Origin: Trypanosoma brucei
Lineage: Eukaryota
Length of the DNA: 64,000 nt
Assembly: GCA_000002445.1 (NCBI GenBank)
Contig: CH464491.1
Location: forward strand, 2,752,001-2,816,000
Reading direction: 5' to 3'
The notes under the pieces were generated by a model. That model was not told the origin of the DNA and made no database searches. It worked only from the letters and a program-made list of their open reading frames with translations. Positions within the stretch are counted from its first letter, which is position 1; each line of letters begins with the position of its first letter. Of the stretch, positions 10,563-18,734 are shown piece after piece. The position numbers and the translations under genes were made by a program.

Positions 10563-11564
10563 ATGCTTCGTCTGTCGTCATGGAATCTGAAGTCTCAACA
10601 TCACAATGTATTGAGGCGCAGTCGCCCTCACATACACAAGTACCGTGAATTGAATCGGTGGCAGAGACAAGCTCAAGGAATCAGCAAGTGGGATCAGTCA
10701 CATTCCCATCGACCGCTTCCGTACGTTGAGCGCTTCAACCCCGAAAGCGTTGGGTTAACACGCGGAACCTCTGCCTTTGCTTGGAAGTGGTGGCATACAC
10801 AATACCCGTGGTTACCTAATGTACCACCAGAGGCTGCACAAATAGATGAGGCACAGAAACAGGAAAGGAGGTCCCACCGCCCACCGGCATGGGACGATGA
10901 ATTTGCAAAAGTTGTATTGAACATGAATGACGCAGAGATCCGGGAGTATCTTATGAGTAAACTAACTGACGTGATCTTTTTGGAGACGCAGCGGGATGGA
11001 TATGAGCTTCGGCGGCTCGATTTCGAAGGGAAGCCACTCACATCACTTCCGGAGCCAAGGATTATCGAAAATTTTGTACTGGAGGAAGAAACGATTCGGG
11101 AGCGTGTCATTTACCAGGTAGTGGAAGGCGTTTTTCGCCTCAGCCCCACTTCGGCCGACAGGCGTGAACTGCGAAGTGTAGCGAACATCATTGATTATGT
11201 CCTTACGCATGTGCGGGCCGCGCGCCCAACGGACCGAGAACGAAGACAAGAACGACCCATCACCTCAGCGGCACTGGCGGTCATGCAGAAGTGCCCCATT
11301 CAACCACAACTGGGCTTTGTCCATGCATTGCCTCATGACACACGGGACGCGTTGCTTCAAGAGTGGGAGCGTATGCACCATCTTGATTGGCAGTTCGGGA
11401 AAGCAGTCTACACGCCGCGAAGCAAGGAAAATGTGCGCGGGAATCTTACATGGCTTCGGGAAGACCGACACTACGACCAGCGGATGAAGTTCATGCAAGA
11501 AGTGGAAAGTGGAGAGGCGAGAGCGAAACATATGAAATTGATAGCGGCAGCAGCGGGTAACTAG
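10563..11564 (+). CDS. Hypothetical protein (333 aa). The basic, Arg-rich N-terminus suggests organellar (mitochondrial) targeting.
   Basis: ATG at 10563 and a 1.0-kb ORF. The N-terminus is MLRLSSWNLKSQHHNVLRRSRPHIHKYR. A polyY tract with AG lies at 10356-10397, upstream of the start. Confidence 0.65.
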   Translation: MLRLSSWNLKSQHHNVLRRSRPHIHKYRELNRWQRQAQGISKWDQSHSHRPLPYVERFNPESVGLTRGTSAFAWKWWHTQYPWLPNVPPEAAQIDEAQKQERRSHRPPAWDDEFAKVVLNMNDAEIREYLMSKLTDVIFLETQRDGYELRRLDFEGKPLTSLPEPRIIENFVLEEETIRERVIYQVVEGVFRLSPTSADRRELRSVANIIDYVLTHVRAARPTDRERRQERPITSAALAVMQKCPIQPQLGFVHALPHDTRDALLQEWERMHHLDWQFGKAVYTPRSKENVRGNLTWLREDRHYDQRMKFMQEVESGEARAKHMKLIAAAAGN

Positions 11565-11964
11565 CGTCTAGCAAGGTTGTGGAGGGCAGCGGTAGTAGGT
11601 GAAGGGAGAAACTTTGGTCAGGAACACTGCAGAGCTGAAAGGTTGTGAAGGTGCCTTCTTCCTCTTTGCATATTGCAGGTTAGCGCACGTGTGAAGAGGA
11701 AAAGGGGGGAAAGGGTTGCCGTCTGAACTGTCGTTCTATTTTGATGGGTCTAACAAATAAAGCTCTTTGTTTTGTTGTTGTTATTTTCATGTGGTGATGG
11801 ATAAACAGCCTCTGCTTTACGCTTACACCGAACTACTCTCTCTTCTTGGTCAAACTTCTCCCCCCATCCTTCTTGTTTCGTGGGAGCAGAGGCATCGTGC
11901 CGACGCGTGGAGAGAATAGCAAAACGAACATTGGACTGCAAAGAAACGAAGCAATAAGCAAAGA

Positions 11965-14610
11965 ATGTCTCAATTTGCGACCCTGTCTGATCAAGAAGGA
12001 ACACACACGCATGCAGCACAGGAAGAGCCTGTCGACTCGGACGCGCATGTGGGGAGTGTCATGCCTGCCGTTGATTTGGAGCAGCTTCAACTCATAGAGC
12101 TGTGCTTTGGCGAGCATGAGTTTGGTGTGGTCCTTGACAGCGATAATACTACGGAGCATGATACCGAAGGCGAATGTATTAGCGCCGGTGCCAACTATGT
12201 CAATGCTTCGGATGACGCGGAGCAGATGGATTTTGAGCATCACAACGAACCCGGTGAAACAATGTTAGCAGCCTTCGAATTTGACCCTGTGCAGTTTGTC
12301 CAGAACAAACTAAGTCATGGTGTGCCACTAGACGATTTGTGCCGGGATCTTGAGACGTATATGTCACTGCTGAACAAGATTATTTTGCGCCACGTGAACA
12401 CGGATGTGCACGACGCTTTTGTAAAGGTGTCTGGACATCTTGTAGGGATGCAAGATGACCTACGCCTTGTGCAGCACCCTGTGGCTGTAGCTGTGAAGAA
12501 GGTAGAAGAAAACATAGCGAAACTCAATGAAATGGAGAATACGGTAACTAGTCAGATCGCAGAGGCAACCGAACTGGAGCTGATGCGTATATTCGACGTG
12601 AACTTCTTAAAGGTACTGTTGCTGTACGATCACCTCTGTGTGCAGCTGGAGGCGCTCCCTCCTGCATTACTCTCTCCAGATGATGAAAGCTCCCTGCGGC
12701 AACGCCACTTTAAGGATAAACCTTCTCGGGCCGTGGCTGTTTCGGCAAGCAGTGAACACCTGCACGAGGCGCTCCAAGACATCTCTGGTTTAGTACGGCA
12801 ACTGAAGTCTCTCAAACACATGATCCCGCCTCTTCCTCAGCGGGGGCAGGAGTGTGCAGAGCTGGATCAAATTTTGAGCAGTGCTTTGCAGATGGTCCAC
12901 CGCGTTCTTGCGCGAGCGTACCTTGCGGTGTATGAGGAATGCACTTTACTTCCTAGTGATGAACTAGAAAAATCACTGTTGAATATTATGCTGGTATACA
13001 AGGCGATGGATGAGGTTCATGAGTTTTGCCGAATGTACCGTGAGCGAATCCTTCGACCACTTCTCGAGTCGGTACTCTCATGGCGCGCTGCTACGCAGGC
13101 ACGCCACAGTTTGGTGGAGACAATAAACCTGCTTAGCACACTCCGACATCGGTTGGAAAAAGACGTCCTGCCGTTTGTTTCGCTGTTGCGTGAGGCATTT
13201 GGTGCAGAACTTTTACCGATCCCAACGGTTGTCTGCCCTATTGTGTTCGAGTCGCTTCTGAAAAGGATGATATCACTTTACGATTCAGGAGACCCAGATG
13301 CCTTTCAACAGCGCTATGTGGCGGCTCATGAGGTGCTCCATCTTATGAAAAAGAATTGTGTTTCGGATGAGGAATTGCGAGCACTGTTGCGATCACCTGA
13401 TGTGGTGTTGTGGGAGCAGAGGTGGAACACAGATGTCTACAGTGCTATGCGAGTGAATGCTCTGACAAAACGGCTGGACGCAGCAATGTCAGAGTTTATT
13501 ACACTAACATCAGAGCAGCATGCGGAAACGATAGATGGGTTACAATTGCGAGAGGAGTCGAACACTGAAGGCACGGTGGCGAAAGTTGTATTCCGCATAG
13601 GTCTTTTCTCTCGGCTGAGGGAACTCATTGAGTGGCTCTTCTCCCCAGAGGTTTACATCTACGTTGTGACACCTAAGTATCTCCGCGAGGTTGCAAACGC
13701 CACTCGCCGTGTCGCAAAGGCCATAATTGAACAGAGCACAGCCACACGCACCGTCAGCTCTTTGCGAGATTGGTTATGCGTCGTGATGACTGCTTGTTCA
13801 GACTTCACACAGCTTGCTGAATACCTTGAGGGTCCATTTAGTAGGCACATATGTACTGTCAGTCAAGATACCCTTACGGGGCCGTCGTGCTCGCAGTTTC
13901 TGCAGTTGCTCGTCCAAGGGACATGTCATGGGACTGTGAAGCAGCTTCATCAACTTGTACAATCACGTGTGGTAGAGACTTGCGCTGTCGGATTGCAAAA
14001 TATTCGCTCTGTCAAGTCAGCCTACGCGCACACACGCAAGCCACTCCCTACAGCACCATCATGGTACGTAACGAGCATTGTTGAGCCTATACAGCGATTT
14101 GCTGAAGAACTTCAACGGGGCCTGTCACCTGAAACATGGCAGGAGGTAATAATTGACGTAGTGACCGATGTGCTGAAGATGTTTCGCAATATCGCAAGGG
14201 ACACACTAGTAACAGCGAAGAAAACAGAGGAGAGCTGGGGGAAACTGAGACGTCGCAAAGAGCTGACGTCTAGTGGTGGTGACGCCCGTACTGGTGGAAT
14301 GGAGACAACAACTCAAGAGGGGGCTTCGTTATCTCCATCTTCTCCCGTCACCGGTACCAGTGCGAACACGCGACCAACAGCGGAGACAGCAACAGATCGG
14401 GACAAGATGACGTTACAATTGTACCTTGATGCTATAGCACTTATTAATAATATCGAAGGATTGCTGGAATCGCAGTGCGATGGTGAGGAAAGTGTCAAAA
14501 TTCGGGAGCTTCCGCCCGTTGAGGCGATTCACAAACTTTTGCAGCGGGCTAAGTGGATACTGGGTGACGATGTGCGGGAGCCCCCGGATATTGACGAAAC
14601 TGACGAGTAG
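11965..14610 (+). CDS. COG2-like subunit of a CATCHR-family vesicle-tethering complex (conserved oligomeric Golgi complex component 2-like).
   Basis: ATG at 11965 and an 881-aa ORF. After an acidic N-terminal extension, the segment FEFDPVQFVQNKLSHGVPLDDLCRDLETYMSLLNKIILRHVNTDVHDAFVKVSGHLVGMQDDL matches the COG2 N-terminal signature: FD..F.....VPL..L..DLE.Y...L...I...VN.DY..FV.LS..LVG. The remainder is helical. The assignment rests on motif recall, not on a search. Confidence 0.5.
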   Translation: MSQFATLSDQEGTHTHAAQEEPVDSDAHVGSVMPAVDLEQLQLIELCFGEHEFGVVLDSDNTTEHDTEGECISAGANYVNASDDAEQMDFEHHNEPGETMLAAFEFDPVQFVQNKLSHGVPLDDLCRDLETYMSLLNKIILRHVNTDVHDAFVKVSGHLVGMQDDLRLVQHPVAVAVKKVEENIAKLNEMENTVTSQIAEATELELMRIFDVNFLKVLLLYDHLCVQLEALPPALLSPDDESSLRQRHFKDKPSRAVAVSASSEHLHEALQDISGLVRQLKSLKHMIPPLPQRGQECAELDQILSSALQMVHRVLARAYLAVYEECTLLPSDELEKSLLNIMLVYKAMDEVHEFCRMYRERILRPLLESVLSWRAATQARHSLVETINLLSTLRHRLEKDVLPFVSLLREAFGAELLPIPTVVCPIVFESLLKRMISLYDSGDPDAFQQRYVAAHEVLHLMKKNCVSDEELRALLRSPDVVLWEQRWNTDVYSAMRVNALTKRLDAAMSEFITLTSEQHAETIDGLQLREESNTEGTVAKVVFRIGLFSRLRELIEWLFSPEVYIYVVTPKYLREVANATRRVAKAIIEQSTATRTVSSLRDWLCVVMTACSDFTQLAEYLEGPFSRHICTVSQDTLTGPSCSQFLQLLVQGTCHGTVKQLHQLVQSRVVETCAVGLQNIRSVKSAYAHTRKPLPTAPSWYVTSIVEPIQRFAEELQRGLSPETWQEVIIDVVTDVLKMFRNIARDTLVTAKKTEESWGKLRRRKELTSSGGDARTGGMETTTQEGASLSPSSPVTGTSANTRPTAETATDRDKMTLQLYLDAIALINNIEGLLESQCDGEESVKIRELPPVEAIHKLLQRAKWILGDDVREPPDIDETDE

Positions 14611-14860
14611 CGCAGCTGGAATTGCAATGCGAGTGAAGAAAGGGGTTGTTTGCTGTAACCGAGCTCCTGTGTGAGCCCAACTGCTTTCGTTGTGTGTCTG
14701 GGTGTACCAGTGGGAAAGCTACTTGAGGGACCCAACGGCGCCGTTTGTCTGAGTAGGTACAACCGTGCGTCCCCTCTTCGAATACGTGTTGGTGCGACTG
14801 CCCTGAGTTGTTTGGACCTGTATACCCAAATCTGAAGGTTGTCTTCCGAAGAGGAACCAT

Positions 14861-14917
14861 ACCTTTTGTTTTTCCCGCTCTCGTTAGCCTTTTTCGATAA
14901 TCCCTTTAGCTTACTGC
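14861..14917 (+). promoter_or_regulatory. Polypyrimidine tract upstream of the 15044 CDS.
   Basis: accttttgtttttcccgctctcgttagcctttttcgataatccctttagcttactgcc. Confidence 0.45.
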
Positions 14918-15043
14918 CGAGCAGTGGGAACCGGGCGTTTGTGAGAGCAAAGAAGCGCAAGCACTCGGGCAGCCGATCACATTTTTTTGCAGGAAACAAG
15001 GACAGTTGAGTGGTTGTGAATACACAGAATATCCCGTCACCCC

Positions 15044-16765
15044 ATGACTTATCGTGTACTGGGCTCACCGTATGCACTGCTATTTCATCAGCACGTAGCG
15101 TACCTGCGATTGAAGCGCTTACCCTTCAAGGTGTACTGCCGCACGTTTGCCACAACCTTGTTCTATGCATGGGTGTTCCGAGCCCGTAACTCCTTTTGCA
15201 CCGTTGCCCCAAACGGTAAGTCGTACCTGCAGTTATGGCAGCTTGTTTCTGCTGTTGAACGAAGTGGCATCCGTCAGTCGAAGAGTTTCCCCTCATGCGG
15301 TAAAGCAACCGTGGCCGAAGAAGAAAATGACATCCAGTTCGTAATAGACCGGCACAAACACCCTAACATTCACATGGTTAATTGGGTTATTGTCCTTTAC
15401 TCTTCCTGGTGGTTGGCCAAGACAGGGGCGATGTACCGCTGGGTTGAAGGTGATGGCATTGACACCATAGAAGGGTACCTTCGGTACTTCTTTCTTGTCC
15501 CTGGGGTTGGCGCGGCGCGCGCTATTGCCGGGTCTTTCAAGCAAGCGATACAAAAGGTCACGTCGGTTACGGGGGTCTCCAAAGAGACGGCCCCCTACAT
15601 GAAGGAGCACTTCTTCCGTTTATGCGATGCTCTTGAGGTCCACTTTCAGGAGCAAACAAAGAGAGGGGATGGTAGCCTGCAAGTCTCCTTTCTTCTGGGA
15701 ACACCACACCCCACATTGGCGGATGTTGCATTCGGATCGGTGTTTTCCGCCAATTTCCTTATGGATGATCCCCCAGCGTCAGTAATTGCTCAGAAGTATC
15801 CGCATCTGAACTGCTATTTGGAGGCAGTGACGGGCTGGAAAGGCGGTGTTTTTGTTGGAGATGACGGTGCTGCAGGGGCAGGGGGTGTCGTGGCGCGTGG
15901 CATGAAAGAAGGCGATACTGACGAGTGCTCCACTTACTTGGATGTTGTTCCCGACTCCCTCTTCCCCGTGCTTAAGTTAGTGGAGGAGGTGCTTCCGTTT
16001 ATGTTATCGCAGTGTGAGGCTTTTCATGCTTACATGGTAGGCGACGGTGTGCGCGGTTTAAAGAAAGAACGCTTGGAAGGGCCTTGGGAAGGTTGTAGTG
16101 GATATTTGCTATCGCAGATCACGGGTATCAAGTCCCTTATGATTATCGACAACGGTGTTTACACCGTTGCAGCCAGAGCACAGGACTTGGAAGTGGCGCT
16201 GTTGGCTGCACGAGAGGTCGTAGGCAACGACGACGAAGACGGTGGTGGTGGTGGTGGTGGAAACGGTAACGACTCAGTGATTTCGACGAATAGCGAAGAA
16301 TGTCGTGGTGAAACTGCACATGTGTTCTCGCGGTGCGCTGAAGATGCAGCTAAACAAAGCGGCTGCCCAGGAGGAACTTTCTCGGCTGTTGAGGAAGTTC
16401 AACCAAATACAAGGGAAGGCAGTGGTGTTGTACCGAGCATCGCTTCGGTTGTCGATGTTACGCACGAGGGGCACAGCAACGACCACACCGACTCTGACGG
16501 TGCCGATTTCCACCGAGTCTTCACTTCTGCAAGTGGGCGCTCCCGTAGTGTATTACTCCACCCTCGTCACTCAGGGCAGGTAGCACAATCTATGATGGAT
16601 AGTTGCCTCTTTCGGCTGCGTGATATACTAAGGAAGATGCATCACCCACACTACACATTGTCTAGCGTTTTCCACGGACGTAAGATGTTTGTCGCCGTCA
16701 TTCCCGAGTGTGAAGTAATCGAGTCGCGGAAACGAAAGGGGAACACTTCGACGATTGTTGTCTGA
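15044..16765 (+). CDS. Hypothetical protein (573 aa) with a glutathione-S-transferase C-terminal-like helical segment, a poly-Gly tract and a Ser/Thr-rich tail.
   Basis: ATG at 15044, preceded by a polyY tract at 14861-14917. The GST-C-like segment is FLLGTPHPTLADVAFGSVFSANFLMDDPPASVIAQKYPHLNCYLEAVTGW. A GGT repeat at about 16240-16262 encodes GGGGGGG. Confidence 0.6.
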   Translation: MTYRVLGSPYALLFHQHVAYLRLKRLPFKVYCRTFATTLFYAWVFRARNSFCTVAPNGKSYLQLWQLVSAVERSGIRQSKSFPSCGKATVAEEENDIQFVIDRHKHPNIHMVNWVIVLYSSWWLAKTGAMYRWVEGDGIDTIEGYLRYFFLVPGVGAARAIAGSFKQAIQKVTSVTGVSKETAPYMKEHFFRLCDALEVHFQEQTKRGDGSLQVSFLLGTPHPTLADVAFGSVFSANFLMDDPPASVIAQKYPHLNCYLEAVTGWKGGVFVGDDGAAGAGGVVARGMKEGDTDECSTYLDVVPDSLFPVLKLVEEVLPFMLSQCEAFHAYMVGDGVRGLKKERLEGPWEGCSGYLLSQITGIKSLMIIDNGVYTVAARAQDLEVALLAAREVVGNDDEDGGGGGGGNGNDSVISTNSEECRGETAHVFSRCAEDAAKQSGCPGGTFSAVEEVQPNTREGSGVVPSIASVVDVTHEGHSNDHTDSDGADFHRVFTSASGRSRSVLLHPRHSGQVAQSMMDSCLFRLRDILRKMHHPHYTLSSVFHGRKMFVAVIPECEVIESRKRKGNTSTIVV

Positions 16766-17234
16766 GTCTTGTAAGGCCTCTGACTGTGGACCACAGGGAT
16801 CTCTATCATCATCACAGATTGACAGTTAAGAGGCTCGGAAGATTTTTTTCTTGTTTTGTGCTGTGCTTAGTATTTCATAAAAACATTGCTCGAAAGAGCA
16901 ACGGTAAGAGAAACTACAAGTGTTTTATCGACCACGGCTGCCTCGCTGTCTATTCTCGTTTTTTGTCTATCAGCTAGTTGAGTGGGGGTTGACAGCGCGA
17001 AAAGCTGTGCCAATCCGGGGGGTGTACCGGGCGTGGTAAAAGTGAATTGTAGCCCCGAAGGTGGTGAGCGCAGTTTCGAGGAGTACTGTTTGCACTGCGC
17101 GGTCATAAGAGAAAGCAAGTCGTTCCAAAGAGCGATTGGGACATCTACTCACATTTGTTCACGAAAAGGAGGCGATCACTCCGTTGGGTTGGGGAATTGA
17201 TAGTATTATCACTGATCAGACGTTGGGATCCTTG

Positions 17235-18323
17235 ATGCTTTGTCACAATCGACTGCTGCTAGTAAACAAGCAAACTCAGAAGTATCGTACGAAGTTACGC
17301 TACCGGTTCCGTCAACCGTCTGTTGTGCCGCTACGCCAAACCCTTCAGCAGCGCCACAACACGATCCTGGAAGTTCTGCGAAGACGCAGGATAAACTCCG
17401 GCGATCAGTCTCCCTATCGATACGTGGAGGAACGACTATACTCTAAACCATCGCGACTTGATCGTGAAGGTGTAAAGGTTAACAAAACGTACGCACTGCA
17501 GGGCTTAGGTGATCTGGAGCCTCTCCGGTATGGTGCGAACTTTGGGATTTCTGAAAAGGATGCGTTAAAGTACGAAACCGTGGCCGAAAAAGCGAAGTAC
17601 ATGGAACCACCTATTCCCTACAGCTCCCTCGCGGCTCGGAAGCTAGCCGCTGGTGCGTTGTGGCCTGCTGCGCCAGACCCAGAAGGGATGATAAGCAAGG
17701 AGGTTCGACTACTACGACATGAGTCAAGCATGTCCCCAAGCGCGCGTGCGTTTTCCGAAAGGGTAGCATACCACCTGCGGCGCTCGCTTAAAGCATGTCC
17801 AGGCCACATCGCTGAGCACATCGACTTTACGCAGCTTATCATACAGGAGGTGTTGGGGTCCCGTCGCTCTAAAGAAATATATATTGTTTGGTTTACTGTA
17901 GATCCCGGGGCACGCTTTGAACTGGAGCCGCGTCTGCATCAGCTCAACCACTGGGTACAACAACTTATTATTAAGAGAGTGAAGCGCCGTCCTCATATCC
18001 CACGAGTGACATGGATTTATGATGGCGGAAGGCTTGAGCGTGAGCTACCACGTGATGTTAAGCAGGAATTGCAGAGTTTCGTGGCTGACGCAGCAACAAC
18101 GCTGGAGAGTCGTGTAAAGTACTTAAAGGAACTTGACACAATGAATCAACGTATGAAGGATATACCGTGGTTTATGCCGTACTTGTGGAGCAAAGAGGAG
18201 AAGGCCGCGCGGCAGAAATCCATGCTAGCTGATCTTGAGGAGGTGGAGCGGAGGAAAAATGAACATAGTAGTGGACGAAGTGCACCGCCTCGCATGAGTC
18301 CTCCTCCTCAATTCGTTCGCTAA
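17235..18323 (+). CDS. Hypothetical basic protein (~362 aa). The Arg/Lys-rich N-terminus is consistent with a mitochondrial presequence.
   Basis: The track start at 17136 is TTG. The first in-frame ATG is at 17235, giving MLCHNRLLLVNKQTQKYRTKLRYRFRQP. The ORF continues to 18323. I saw no family motifs. Confidence 0.6.
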   Translation: MLCHNRLLLVNKQTQKYRTKLRYRFRQPSVVPLRQTLQQRHNTILEVLRRRRINSGDQSPYRYVEERLYSKPSRLDREGVKVNKTYALQGLGDLEPLRYGANFGISEKDALKYETVAEKAKYMEPPIPYSSLAARKLAAGALWPAAPDPEGMISKEVRLLRHESSMSPSARAFSERVAYHLRRSLKACPGHIAEHIDFTQLIIQEVLGSRRSKEIYIVWFTVDPGARFELEPRLHQLNHWVQQLIIKRVKRRPHIPRVTWIYDGGRLERELPRDVKQELQSFVADAATTLESRVKYLKELDTMNQRMKDIPWFMPYLWSKEEKAARQKSMLADLEEVERRKNEHSSGRSAPPRMSPPPQFVR

Positions 18324-18734
18324 GACACGGACATCTGTGTGATTAACCGGATGGGGGGCTCGTTTAGTTTAGCCGCCTATCTGCGCCCTTGGTACAAGTT
18401 ATCGTACTTACCGCGTCTGCGTCGCCTCCGACACACGCGCTCGCGGGTAGACGCGCGCATGATCTCACTGTGCGTGCCAACGTTTCTCTCTATTGTCATC
18501 TTGCTGCGCACAAGTAACGAATACCGAACGTTACAAGTATTTATGCGGGTATGGGGGTGTGAGTGCGGTCAGTTGTTAAGTGGCAGCGCACAGGGGCTGT
18601 TACATATCGTCTCCTATTTTTTCTCCCAACACTTTTTTCCTCTCCCCTCCGTACATTTGAATGAGTAGTACATGAACCTTGCCGCCTGTGCTTGAGCGTC
18701 ACCAAGCAGCAGATAACAAGTCCATCCCGCACCT

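Noticed and set aside
16240-16262. A GGT(7) trinucleotide run.
   Set aside because: It lies in-frame inside the 15044-16765 CDS and encodes a Gly7 linker. It is a coding low-complexity region, not a regulatory G-quadruplex candidate of note.
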